DNA from: Amphiscolops sp. MND2022 | Taxonomy: Eukaryota | NCBI GenBank assembly: GCA_964187785.1 | Contig: OZ076409.1 | Span: 26,414,001-26,478,000, forward strand | Reading direction: 5' to 3' | Length of the DNA stretch: 64,000 nt | In this document: one piece after another, positions 27,462-40,861 of the stretch | Layout: each line of letters begins with the position of its first letter | How positions within the stretch are numbered: position 1 is the first letter of the stretch | The notes under the pieces: generated by a model | Databases searched by the model: none | What the model was told of the DNA's origin: nothing | What the model saw: only the letters and a program-made list of their open reading frames with translations | Made by a program: the position numbers and the translations under genes

Positions 27462-30400
27462 GGTTAAATTGGTAGTGAATACAAGTTCGCCATTAGAAGA
27501 GTCAGCCGGAGTGTATGATAATAAGGGTGTTTCAAATTTTACTAAACACGATGATATTTCGAATGACCGTGACGTACTTTGAATATTTTTCGAAAACATG
27601 CATTACAGATGTTCTTGGAAATGAGCAAACTATTGTAAAGAACTGGCTTCAGCTGACGCTTAAGTTACCGCCGATTTTTCAAACGGCTGCAGTGTAACGT
27701 CACACAAAGTGTTGCAAGCGAACAAGGAGAACAAAAATTCCGAATTGGAAGACCATCGGACTGGAGAGTACCAAACATCGTTGAAAGATTTTTTCCAACC
27801 AACCAAGTTCATTATTCACCGGCCAGACAATATACAAATCTTGACGTTTTCGCAAGAAGAGATGTGAAAAAGGGTATTCCGATGAACTTAGCTGGGTTGT
27901 TGGCTGATATTCAAACATCTGAAGAGTTGCCAGCGCATGCTCATGTATCTGTGTTCCAGCGAAAAAATGAACAATTGATGGTAGGGCCTTTGTCTTTCAT
28001 TAACCGTTCTCGCTGGCCAAACTCATTTCACACTATAAATCAAGAAGTGATGTCACTCAGGTCTCTTCGGACAAGGAAGGAGGGTGAAGAAATAGCTGAA
28101 GTATGGGCTGGAGTATTTTGGCAATTACAACGAAGAATGTTTGTGTCCACATATAGAACACCATTCAAGGGTGAAGATCTTTTGGAGTGTGTTGGCGATG
28201 CTCCGACCTTATACGGTCGCAAAATTGCCCGGAGGCTCTGGTCGAGAGAGGAGCTCAGTAACTCCATTATGTCCCCGGGGAAAGATTTGGAGTTCAGGGA
28301 GTATCCCCGCAATCCCATGACTCCAACGCGAAAGCTCTCTTCCATGGTTAATAGTTTCTTGGCGAGAATTGTTTTCCGGAAGTAAAAAGTTCTGCATGTA
28401 TCGTTGTAATTTGATGTTTTAACCATAGGTCGATGCATTGTTTGAAAATATGCACGCTATAGATGCTTATTCGAAAGTTTTTGTTTCGTTGACATTTTTT
28501 GTTTGCTCAGAGCGCGTTGAAGACAAGTTCCTTTCCGTTCCGGGATGCTAGATCAAGTCCCGCAACAGCGTCGACCATTTGGGAACGGAGCTGAAAAACC
28601 ATTCTAAGAATGTGAAGAAACAATCGATGCCACCGAGCACTGCGACAACAAGCTCAGCTATGATGTCTCCTGCGGAAGATGATGTCTCCTGAGTCGGTTA
28701 AACTGGTAGTGAACACATGTGCGCCATTGGAAGAGTCCACCGGAGTGTATGTTCATATGAGTGTTTTAAATTTTACTAAACACGATGATATTTCGAATGA
28801 CCGTGACGTACTTTGAATATTTTTCGAAAACATGCATTACAGATGTTCTTGGAAATGAGCAAAACTATTGTAAAGAACTGGCTTTAGCTGACGCTTAAGT
28901 TACCGCAGAACTATTGAACGGCTGCAGTGTAACGTCACACAAAGAGTTGCAAGCGAACAAGGACAACAAAAATTCCGAATTGGAAGACCATCTGACTGAA
29001 GAGTACCAAATATCGTTGAAAGATTTTTTCCAACCGATCAAGTTCATTATTGACCGGCCAGACGTTATACAAGTCTTGACGTTTTCGCAAGAAGAGATGT
29101 GGAAAAAGGTATCGGAATGAACTTAGCTGGGTTGTTGGCTAATATTCCAACATCTGAAGAGTTGCCAGCGGATGCTCATGTATCTCTGTTCCAGCGAAAA
29201 AAAAGAACAATTGATGGTAGGGCCTTTGTCTTTCGTTGACCATTCTCGCTGGCCAAACTCATTTCACACTATAATTCAAGAAGTGATGTCACTCAGGTCT
29301 CTTCGGACAAGGACGGAGGGTGAAAAAATAACTGAAGTATGGGCTGGAATATTTTGGCAATTACAACGAAGAATGTTTGTGTCCACATATAGAACACCAT
29401 TCAAAGGTGAAGATCTTTTGGAGTGTGTTGGCGATGCTCCGACCTTATACGGTCGCAAAATTGCCCGGAGGCTCTGGTCGAGAGAGGAGCTCAGTAACTC
29501 CATTATGTCCCCGGGGAAAAATTTGGAGTTCAGGGAGTATCCCCGCAGTCCCATGACTCCAACGCGGAAGCTCTCTTCCATGGTTAATAGTTTCATGGCG
29601 AGAATTGATTTGCGGAAGTAAAAAGTTCTGCATGTATCGTTGTAATTTGATGTTTTAACCTTAGGTCGATGCATTGTTTGAAAATATGCACGCTATAGAT
29701 GCTTGTTCGAAAGTTTTTGTTTCGTTGATAATTTTTGTTTGCTCAGAGCGCGTTGAACACAAGTTCCTTTCCGTTCCGGGATGCTAGATCAAGTCCCGCA
29801 ACAGCGTCGATCATTTGAGAACGGAGCTGAAAAACCAATCTAAGAAACAATCGATGCCACCGAGCATTGCGACAACAAGCTCGGCTATGATGTCTCCTGC
29901 GGAAGATGATGTCTCCTGAGTCGGTTAAACTGGTAGTGAACACATGTGCGCCATTGGAAGAGTCCACCGGAGTGTATGTTCATATGAGTGTTTCATATTT
30001 TATTAAACATGATGATATTTTGAATGAACGTGACGTACTTTGAATATTTTTTGAAAACATGCATTACAGATGTTTTTGAAATGAGCAAAAATTATTGTAA
30101 AGGACTGGCTTTAGCTGACGCTTAAGTTACCGCAGAACTATTGAACGGCTGCAGTGTAACGTCACACAAAGAGTTGCAAGCGAACAAGGACAACAAAAAT
30201 TCCGAATTGGAAGACCATCTGACTGAAGAGTACCAAATATCGTTGAAAGATTTTTTCCAACCGATCAAGTTCATTATTGACCGGCCAGACGTTATACAAG
30301 TCTTGACGTTTTCGCATGAAGAGATGTGGAAAAAGGTACCGGAATGAACTTAGCTGGGTTGTTGGCTAATATTCCAACATCTGAAGAGTTGTCAGTGGAT

Positions 30401-32069
30401 GCTCATGTATCTGTGTTCCAGCGAAAAAATGAACAATTGATGGTAGGGCCTTTGTCTTTCATTAACCGTTCTCGCTGGCCAAACTCATTTCACACTATAA
30501 ATCAAGAAGTGATGTCACTCAGGTCTCTTCGGACAAGGACGGAGGGTGAAAAAATAACTGAAGTATGGGCTGGAGTATTTTGGCAATTACAACGAAGAAT
30601 GTTTGTGTCCACATATAGAACACCATTCAAAGGTGAAGATCTTTTGGAGTGTGTTGGCGATGCTCCGACCTTATACGGTCGCAAAATTGCCCGGAGGCTC
30701 TGGTCGAGAGAGGAGCTCAGTAACTCCATCATGTCCCCGGGGAAAATTTGGAGTTCAGGGAGTATCCCCGCAGTCCCATGACTCCAACGCGGAAGCTCTC
30801 TTCCATGGTTAATAGTTTCATGGCGAGAATTGATTTCCGGAAGTAAAAAGTTCTGCATGTATCGTTGTAATTTGATGTTTTAACCTTAGGTCGATGCATT
30901 GTTTGAAAATATGCACGCTATAGATGCTTGTTCGAAAGTTTTTGTTTCGTTGATAATTTTTGTTTGCTCAGAGCGCGTTGAACACAAGTTCCTTTCCGTT
31001 CCGGGATGCTAGATCAAGTCCCGCAACAGCGTCGACCATTTGGGAACGGAGCTGAAAAACCATTCTAAGAATGTGAAGAAACAATCGATGCCACCGAGCA
31101 TTGCGACAACAAGCTCGGCTATGATGTCTCCTGCGGAAGATGATGTCTCCTGAGTCGGTTAAACTGGTAGTGAACACATGTGCGCCATTGGAAGAGTCCA
31201 CCGGAGTGTATGTTCATATGAGTGTTTCATATTTTATTAAACATGATGATATTTTGAATGAACGTGACGTACTTTGAATATTTTTTGAAAACATGCATTA
31301 CAGATGTTTTTGAAATGAGCAAAAATTATTGTAAAGGACTGGCTTTAGCTGACGCTTAAGTTACCGCAGAACTATTGAACGGCTGCAGTGTAACGTCACA
31401 CAAAGAGTTGCAAGCGAACAAGCACAACAAAAATTCCGAATTGGAAGACCATCTGACTGAAGAGTACCAAATATCGTTGAAAGATTTTTTCCAACTGATC
31501 AAGTTCATTATTCACCGGTCAGATGTTATACAAGTCTTTACGTTTCCGCAAGAAGAGATGTGGAAAAGGTATTGGAATGAACTTAGCTGGGTTGTTGGCT
31601 AGTATTCCAACATCTGAAGAGTTGCCAGCGGTTCCTAAGGTATCTGTGTTCCAGCGCAAAAATGAACAATTGATGGTAGGGCCTTTGTCTTTCGTTAACC
31701 ATTCTCGCTGGCCAAACTCATTTCACACTATAAATCAAGAAGTGATGTCACTCAGGTCTCTTCGGACAAGGACGGAGGGTGAAAAAATAACTGAAGTATG
31801 GGCTGGAGTATTTTGGCAATTACAACGAAGAATGTTTGTGTCCACATATAGAACACCATTCAAAGGTGAAGATCTTTTGGAGTGTGTTGGCGATGCTCCG
31901 ACCTTATACGGTCGCAAAATTGCCCGGAGGCTCTGGTCGAGAGAGGAGCTCAGTAACTCCATTATGTCCCCGGGGAAAGATTTGGAGTTCAGGGAGTATC
32001 CCCGCAATCCCATGACTCCAACGCGGAAGCTCTCTTCCATGGTTAATAGTTTCTTGGCGAGAATTGTTC
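27462..32069 (+). repeat. ~1.23-kb tandem array (3.7 units): decayed Suv4-20-like SET plus BEN fragment
   Basis: Unit starts (GGTTAAAYTGGTAGTG) at 27462, 28696, 29923 and 31157. Confidence 0.95.
27830..28165 (+). pseudogene. Suv4-20 (KMT5B/C)-like SET-domain pseudogene, repeated in every array unit
   Basis: LDVFARRDVKKG..LAGLLADI..SVFQRKNEQLMVGPLSFINRS(NHS in other units)RWPN..LRSLRT..GEEI, then a frameshift to KYGLEYFGNYNEECLCPH. Compare Suv4-20 [44 protein letters not shown]. Confidence 0.8.
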
Positions 32070-33551
32070 TCTTGGCCACAAATTCAGACTATGCGACTTG
32101 CGGTCTGAAACGAGAGAGTTGTCGCGCGGAAAAAGAAGCACCCGAACTTTCCCATAACACTTGCTTATCGCAAGTGTAATCATGTGTAGTGGAATCAATG
32201 CATTCATTCATTCATTCATAATTAATATAACTTGGTCAACGTCGATTGATTTTATCAACGGAATTCCTGAGGAATAACGTCTAGGAAATCAGATCGAAAG
32301 CCAAATCTTGTTCATTCCCACTTTGTATTTGGTTCGACTTTTGAATATATTTTGTCATATAAAGCCAAGCAATGTTCTGCCTTTCAGATCTTGTTCGATC
32401 GAAAAAAAACAACGTCGTCGAACAACTACTGCAACATGTCGCAAACTGAAAGAAAGTAAGAATTTTTGTTGGTACTCTAAAAATGCCCGACTCTTACAAT
32501 GACTAGTTTTTTCTTCAGACCACAGACCTTACACTTGAAGGTCCATTTTTACAGCCTTTTTCTGGGCCTTCCTACCTTACTAGGAAGCAATCTCTGGTGC
32601 GTCCAAAGGGTACCGCCTTTTGTTTACCATAGTTAAAGCTTTTATCGTTACTAAACTCTTACAGTGGGTAGTATTTCTTTCCTTTCACTCTGCATGGTCG
32701 ACTCTTTTGTTCATTTGTTCAACTTAATATAATGTTTCAAAGTTCGGATATATCGTTTTGAAAGTTCGGATATGATGTCTTCAAAATTTCCGATATAACG
32801 TTTTCGAAGTTCGTATTTAACGTTTTTGTCAAAGTTTGGATATAACGTTTTCAAAGTTCGGATACTTTTGTGTGCCTTGTTTCGACATCGTAGGCTTATT
32901 TTCGAAAAATTTCCAAGGTATTCAAAGGGTCCCCGTTTAATTTTTTGATAATTTGCAACAGAATGGATCGGCGCGTAATTTTTGGCAATGAGAAAGTACT
33001 AAAATTTTGAAAACAATGTCGTTTGCATGTTCAAAAAACGCGAGCGGGGCTCGACTTGGGCCGTTCCCGGTTTGTTAATGTTTCCAGTTGGATTATCAAG
33101 TAGTGTTTGAGCTTTATATGTGTATCCCTTCGGGTATTTTTTGGCACTAAGAATTTGATAAAAATTTAATAATACTGCCGTTTGCAAATTTAAGAAACTT
33201 TACTCTTTGAACTTTGAGCAGGGGCCGTTGGCGGATTGTTTTCACTTGAAGAAACGTATATCATACAACGTTAATTTGGAAAAACAACGGAATAAATCAT
33301 CATCAAATTGTGTTAACAAAGTGACTGCATAGACACCCTCTGATTGCACATATCGTTATGGCCTCTCTATATAAATTGAAATTCATGACAAATTAAAACA
33401 ATATTAAACCCTTTTTTAAATGTTCACCAGTCTTGAGTGTTATTCATCAAAATTTATTACTATATCAAACTACGCGAGTTAATTTTATCACAATGATCTG
33501 CGAAATCGCATGCTTCCGCACTAACTGTTCGATGCAGTAGAGGTAATTTTA

Positions 33552-34832
33552 AAGTAAACGTGTGGTTTGTCGGGACACACGAGGAAGTGAAAGCGAGAGA
33601 GAAAGATGCCGCTGAGCTAATGGCGAGGGTTGAAGTCGGAGAGGAAATAAATCTGTGAAGCATATCTCTGGGAGCTAGTACAACAAACATTGACCAAAAG
33701 CCCATCACATGGAGTGATGCTCCGTCCGCTCAAGAACAGTACAAAATTTTCTCAGATTGCGAAACCGAGCACGTAATAGCCCCGTCTAAACGGAAACAAC
33801 ATCAAGTTGCCTCCAAGAAGAGCTGAAGCTTATGACGGCTGAACTGTCGAAATCGGTTAGTGCTTCGGATACAGTCGTAAAACCTATTTTGGAATAGGTT
33901 TTATTATTTTTTTGTCTGTTTAGAACGAAATACATCAACAAATGTTGCGCAGCACTATGCGTGTGGAGTGTAAAGTTGACCAGTCACGATGTGCGCACGA
34001 GGAGTGCAAAAATCGGTGCCGCAAAAATTTCAAAGATTTTTCATCGATAGTAAGTATCCTAATCGTAGCTTCCAATTCGCTGCAGTACTGGCTGCACTGG
34101 AAAGACAGGAAGGGGTCAGTCACCTCAAACCTTTTCGCTTTGTTGCAGCATTAGCTGTGATATATAGTTCTCGACGTTTTTAGTTTTAAAAAACCAATGA
34201 AATTAAACTTCTCGTGCCTGGCGTTAAGACCAAAGTACAGAATCAAATGATGGAATCGATGACGAAAAACAACTCCTACGTTCCCGCCGCTGAAGACGTT
34301 CCACGTGTGTCCAAGATTTTCAAGGGTGAAGATCTCTTGGAGTGTGCTGGCGATGCTCCGACTTTATACGGTCGCAAAATTGCCCGGAAGCTCTGGTCGA
34401 GAGAGGAACTCAGTAACCCCATTATGTCACCGGGGAAGGATTGGGAGTTCAGGGAGTATCCCCGCAGTCCCATGACTCCAACGCGAAAACTCTCTTCCAT
34501 GGTTAATAGTTTCTTCGCGAGAATTGTTTTCCGGAAGTAAAAAGTTCATGTATCGTTGTAATTTGATATTTTAACCTTAGGTCGATGCATTGTTTAAAAA
34601 AAACGCTAAAGATGCTTGTTCGAAAGTTTTTGTTTCGTTGATATTTTCTCTTTGCTCAGAGCGCGTTGAACACAAGTTCCTTTCCGTTCCGGGATGCTAT
34701 ATCAAGTCCCGCAACAGCGTCGACCATTTGGGAACGGAGCTGAAAAACCGTTCTAAGAATGTGAAGAAGCAATCGATGTCACCGAGCACTTCGACAACAG
34801 GCTCAGCAATGATGTCTCCTGCGGAGGTCCGT
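33552..34832 (+). pseudogene. Second copy of the BEN-domain-like pseudogene
   Basis: Duplicate of 25690-26970 at +7862, with an extra TGA (CTG TGA) at ~33655. Confidence 0.6.
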
Positions 34833-35830
34833 CCGAAAACTTGGATTTGCAGTGTTCAGTGTGCCAATGACGTTATTTGCTGCCTTCAATTTTAAAAATA
34901 ACTCGACTTGAAACTTCTAATAAAATTACATTTTCGTATCATGAAAATCGAAGTTCGAGTAAGATACTGTTTGGGCGTAATGAGCGTTATGTTTTTACTT
35001 CAAAACTGGTTGTGCTCAAGCAATCTAGTCGCAGTGTTTCCACCGCCCGCACTTCTCAACAAAAGAGTTTCACAGTGATTGCAAAAATTCGGTCTACATT
35101 AGAAGGCTTGTAGTACAACACTGGCGGTGCTGTGGTCTGAACAACTAGAATATGATCACAGTTAACGGATATTTCTTACAATCCTAAGAAGGTTATAACG
35201 TGTGAGTCGTCCTTTGCTACATGAGATGTTATGAAAGCAGTGTCTTTGTTTCAAGGTAACTTTATCGATTAATTTATGTTGTATATTTTTGGTAAAGTTT
35301 ATAGCAAGAGAAGAATCAAAAGTGGTTAAATTGGTAGTGAATACAAGTTCGCCATTAGAAGAGTCAGCCGGAGTGTATGATAATAAGGGTGTTTCAAATT
35401 TTACTAAACACGATGATATTTCGAATGACCGTGACGTACTTTGAATATTTTTCGAAAACATGCATTACAGATGTTCTTGGAAATGAGCAAACTATTGTAA
35501 AGAACTGGCTTCAGCTGACGCTTAAGTTACCGCCGATTTTTCAAACGGCTGCAGTGTAACGTCACACAAAGTGTTGCAAGCGAACAAGGAGAACAAAAAT
35601 TCCGAATTGGAAGACCATCGGACTGGAGAGTACCAAACATCGTTGAAAGATTTTTTCCAACCAACCAAGTTCATTATTCACCGGCCAGACAATATACAAA
35701 TCTTGACGTTTTCGCAAGAAGAGATGTGAAAAAGGGTATTCCGATGAACTTAGCTGGGTTGTTGGCTGATATTCAAACATCTGAAGAGTTGCCAGCGCAT
35801 GCTCATGTATCTGTGTTCCAGCGAAAAAAT

Positions 35831-35851
35831 CATTACAAGACACAACTTTCA
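35831..35851 (+). repeat. Left TIR CATTACAAGACACAACTTTCA
   Basis: Exact reverse complement of 55174-55194. Confidence 0.97.
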
Positions 35852-36723
35852 GAGTGCGCGTAAATATACGTGTCTAAAATGCCTAAGTTTTCCTTATAAG
35901 CCAATATGCATTGAAGTATTGGTATTACTGATACATTTTTCAGTTGTTAATACATTACAAATGTATTCAGTTTCCTTAGATTTGATAATTATCAGATTCC
36001 TTATAATTCGTATACAAATGCCTCAAAATGTTTCCCCCCACGTTATAAGTAATCCTAGTACTCAAAACAAGTAATGTTGATACTTTGTATTATAAATCCT
36101 AATACGCTTAAAACTTGTTGAAAATAGGCTTCCTTATACAACTTGTGAGTATTCTTAGATTTCCTGATTTGAATTATAGTATCCATTGCAATATTATTCT
36201 GGTATTATTACAGCCAATGACATATACTGAATCAAATCTCTGTTGATATCTTATTCAATAAAGTGCAAATCCTGAACATTTCTGTATTTGAACCATTTAT
36301 TTGGGCGAATCGGCTGATATCTCATTCAATAAACTGCAAACCTTGAAGAAATCGTATTGTAAATGCCAGGGAATTGGAAATCTTAAACAATTTCGAATTT
36401 GAACAAGGCCATTGCCATGAACATCAATTTTCTCGGCGAGAGTTGGGATCTTCTCAAATCTTGATAAATCAAAGTTACTTCTTATTGGTGTTGATGATTT
36501 TAAATTCTATTTAAATTTAAATATTTGAATACAATTTAAATTCTAGAGCCATGGTATCAAAGAGGTCCCTGATTCAATTGAACAATCCTAGACAACTGAA
36601 AAGACCAAAGAACAAAGACAAAAGATTTTTTAACAAGTGAGCAAAGACAACAGATTTCAACAATAATCAAAATACAACAAAAGTTCAATGTTTTTCATCC
36701 AACAGTTGTGTCTTTTCGTTCAA

Positions 36724-39441
36724 TCAGTTGAACATTTTCCATGCTGCAGGATCGCCATAGTCAAACAGAACCTGGGTGAAAGGGGGAAGGTCTCTGAGTG
36801 CAACCAGTGCCACGTTTCTAGGCTTTTGAGGGAGTTTTCTGCAAACTACTTCCCCCAAGCGGGCTGTGCACTGCTTATTCCTGAGCCTTGAGTGATTGCA
36901 TAGTCTTCCAAGGCACAAATTTCGGGGATGGTGAGGACAGTCCTCATTGGATGCATCGACAAGACGCCTAATGTCTGTTGAAACTTCAATTATATAGGAC
37001 ATGTCACGGCCTGTTCTTGCAGCGTACGAGGCTGCATCCTTTTCGTCAACGAGACAACCATGATAGTCGCAAATGACATCGCCCTTTTTAAACGGCTTCA
37101 GTGTCATCACGCCACGACCCATGTCAGGATATGTGACACAGGTGATCCCGTCCCACGTCTGTGTGTCCTCACGGTGTAAAAAGTCGTATTGCCAACCCTC
37201 GTTGTTTGAGACACTGCTCTTGTACTCCAAGTTCGAATTGAAGGGTGCACCTCGAGGTTTTTGGGCGCTTTTTCCTTCCCGGTAGTCCAATAGAGTTTTA
37301 TGTAGCTTGGATTTGATTTTCCCGTCTTGCCATGACCCAACCTTGCACGTGTTCCACCCTTGTCGGAATGCATGGTCAAAGAAATTGGCATAGTCCGTTT
37401 CGGGATTTGCTTTGATGCGAAACTCATCGGCAAAGGCTTCAACCTGCGTGGAGAAGCGTTCAGTCCTTAGCGTCTGCAATCGTTTAGTGACAAGGTTTGT
37501 CAAATCCTCGAAGTTGACAGCTCTTCCAATTGAATTGTACAACAGATTGGAGACATGCTGCACTGACGGAAAGAGTTCATCCGGCTTGTAAGTTGAAGGT
37601 GTTTTCAGCCTGACGATACGTTTGAGGGCGAAATTCTCATCTCTGCAGTTGTGCCTCAGCTGTAATAAGCAAGAAATGAACAAATTAGACGTAGAGAAAA
37701 TAGATCAAAATTATATTATGTTTTGTTATCTTCCAAGTGTCACCAAATTCCTTAAACAAATATTCAAAGACCCTAAATGTTGCGTGAAAGAGTTTTGGTG
37801 AAAATGGTAGAATAATAGTTTTCGAACACAGAGGAACGATGTTCGAAACTGCCACGAAACGTAAACTATTCCATCATTTTGAAATTTAGTCTAAAATTTC
37901 TCTAAAAACAATAAACAATCCAAACAAATTCCAAAAACAATTTTTTGGCTATTTCATATGTCCCTTTCATATTGCATGAATTCTTAGACTCACTTTGACC
38001 ATCTCTTTCTTTGACTTATCTCGGAAGTTGATAATGGTGTTTCCGGTAGAATTGAAGAAGAAAGGCTCTGTCCAAACCAGCTTCTCACTTCCCTGAAATC
38101 GTGTTTGCATCTGAGGTACTCCAATCTTTGGTTTGAAATTCGGACGTACGTCTGAGTAATAGACTTGCAGGCCCCTTCCCACTATCCAAGAGATTGTGTG
38201 CGATCTGTAAAACGAATTTTGTGACTAGGAAACTAATATTTAGGGAAGTATTTTGACGCTGCTTATTTTTTTGAACTAACTGTTTTCACTGAAGTATTCC
38301 AAGACATTTTTCACGTAAACACTTTTTTTTTCACAGAAATGTTCCATGCAACTAATTTCGAACAATTTTCCACCCACCTGAAACCACCAGGGGTCCTCGT
38401 GTTCGCGCAGGTTAAGGTCACTGTCCCTCGAGTATCCGCCTTGGCTTGAAGTTCCGGGATTGTCTGCGCAAACAAATTCACTGTGAAGGTTTCTAGTTCA
38501 GCTGTTGAACATCTTGGTTCTGCGAACTCCATCAGGTAAACAATTATCAAATTGTGTAACGTCTTCCTGTCAGTGAAGGAGAGGCGAGATGAAAACTCGA
38601 ACTGTTCCACTAAATCTCCCATGAGATCTTCGCATGCATCGGCTGGAAACGCTCGATTCTGGACATAAGCAACATTGATGCTCCTAACGAAACTCTCTGC
38701 ATTGACTTTTTGTCGTTTCGACGCACGTGCTAACTCGTCGTTTTCTTCCTCATTCTGGCACGAATTTTTTCGTTTCCTCCGAACTTCGGAAAGTACTTGT
38801 TGAACCGGATTGCTCTCTGGAGCAGGTTGGAACCGGAATCGAGTTGAAGTGATGGCGTTCATTGTCAGCTCACTCGGCGTTGCAATAAAGTCACCTATCA
38901 TTGAATCGGTCAGCTGAGGAAGAGATGTACTTGGGTTGAGTGGCGTCGAAGTTGGAAGAATGAACTGGTAATCGAAAGAACCATTTACGGCCTGTGTATT
39001 AGCCCGAGGAGTAGCAGGCGGCGTTGGGAGAATTTCAGTCACCCCTCTCAGCAAGTGAGCAGAAGTGCTGAAAGCGGGAGTCTGAGAGAAGATAGGTTGA
39101 GATAAAGATTGTGGAAGCACCAACGATGTTAATTGAGGATCTCCATTCGCAGAAGCCTGTTCCTCTGCAGTTTTTGCAAAATTTGAGTCGACGGAGCTCA
39201 ATTTTTTCAATGCTGGTAATTGAGTCTCTCCATTCTCAGAAGCCAGTTCTTCCGCGGTTTTAGCAAAATTTGACTCGGTGGTGCTCATGATATTCGTTGA
39301 TGGTAAGTGAGAATCTACAACTTCAGGAGCCAGTATTTCTGCGTTTTCAGCGAAATTAGACTCAAGGGTGCTTATCATATTCGTTGATTGAACACAAGGA
39401 ACGAAGTTCTCAAGTTGCAGAACAGGAGTTTGTTGGCTCAT
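36724..39441 (-). CDS. SET-domain lysine methyltransferase (PR-Set7/SETD8-like), 3 exons, ~736 aa
   Basis: Exons 39441-38378, 38204-37994 and 37659-36724 join in frame through GT-AG sites (phases 2, 0). SET motifs MGRGVMTLKPFKKGDVICDYHG, LGRLCNHS, LVALRDL, VLFDYG; no post-SET cysteines. Confidence 0.9.
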
Positions 39442-39916
39442 GTCGGGATGTAGAGTTTTTTATCTCGAAGCAGCAGTTTTGAAATGCAAGTGTTCGACAG
39501 TTAACTGGAGATTGGAATGATATTTACAAGATTATCACTCAAAAAAACTAGTAGGCTCAATTCACACGTAATTGGCTCTAATAGCGCCTGAATTTGAGTC
39601 GACTCTTGATTTGCGTTGCAAGAGTGTTTGATAGAATGCTGAAGATTGGTGTGATAATTACAAGGATTATAACTCTCAATTACTGGTCGGCTCATTTTAC
39701 ACGCAATCGGCTGTAATCACGCCTGAAATTGAGTCGACTCTTGATTGATTACAACTACGCATACATATTACTTTAGTTGATTACAGAACGTTTTTAAACT
39801 GATCTGCTGACTTTTTTAGGCTGACTAAAAAAAACATTTATTCGTGGGGATGAAATAATTGAGGAATTTCAATTTTTGAGTTTTGAAAGTGTCAATTTGG
39901 GTTCCTTTAACAGGGG

Positions 39917-40861
39917 GACTAATTATGTGTCCATCGATTTTCTCAAATAGTAATCGAGACTAATATGTGCATCGACTCTCTTAAACAGTAGTCGAGACTT
40001 ATGTGTGCATCGATTTCCTTAAACAGTATTGCAGACTAATGAGTGCATCGAATTTCTTAAACAGTATTAAAACTAATGTGTGCATCGGTTTCCTTAAATA
40101 GCAATCGAGACTAATATGTGCATCGACTCTCCTAAACCGTAATCGAGACTAATATGTGCATCGACTTCCTTAAACAGTAATCGAGACTAATGTGGGCATC
40201 GACTTTCTTAAACAGTATTAAGACTTATGTGTGCATCGACTTTCTTAAACAGTCTTAAGACTTATGTGTGCATCGACTTTCCTAAACAGTCGTAAGACTT
40301 ATGTGTGCATCGACTTTCGTAAACAGTATTAAGACTAATGTGTGCATCGACTTTCCTAAACAGTATTGAAGACTAATATGTGCATCGACTCTCTTAAATA
40401 GTAATCGAGACAAATGTGTGCATCGACTTTCTCAAACAGTATTAAGACTAATGTGTGCATCGACTTTCTTAATCAGTATTGAAGACTAATGTGTGCATCG
40501 ACTTTCTTAAACAGTCTTAAGACAAATGTGTGCATCGACTTTCCTAAACAGTCATAAGACTTTTGTGTGCATCGACTTTCTTAAACAGTATTAGGACTAA
40601 TGTGTGCGCATCGACATTCTTAATCAGTATTGGAGACTAATGTGTGCATTGACATTCTTAAACAGTATTAGGACTAATTTGTGCATCGACATTCTTAAAC
40701 AGTATTAAGACTAATGTGTCCATCGACTTTCCTAAATAGGAATCGAGACTAATATGTGCATCGACTCTCTTAAACAGTAATCGAGACTAATGTGTGCATT
40801 GAATTACTTAAACGGTATTCGATAGTAATGTGTGCATCGATTTCCTTAAACAGTATTCCAG
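39917..40861 (+). repeat. 39/40-bp tandem array A (GACTAATGTGTGCATCGACTTTCTTAAACAGTATT(A/G)(A/G))
   Basis: About 24 contiguous degenerate units, no unique spacers. Confidence 0.95.

Larger units (their letters stand above)
24212..32073. repeat. Copy 1 of a 7,862-bp tandem segmental duplication (copy 2 starts at 32074 and is interrupted by the giant transposon)
   Basis: Constant offset of 7862 for 24212-27968 vs 32074-35830, then 27228 (=7862+19364+2) after the insertion. Only about ten substitutions noticed. Confidence 0.95.

Noticed and set aside
35831..35870. Canonical ProtoRAG with RSS-like ends and RAG2
   Set aside because: Ends begin CATTACA rather than CAC(A/T), no convincing nonamer, the TSD is not 5 bp, and there is no kelch/PHD gene.
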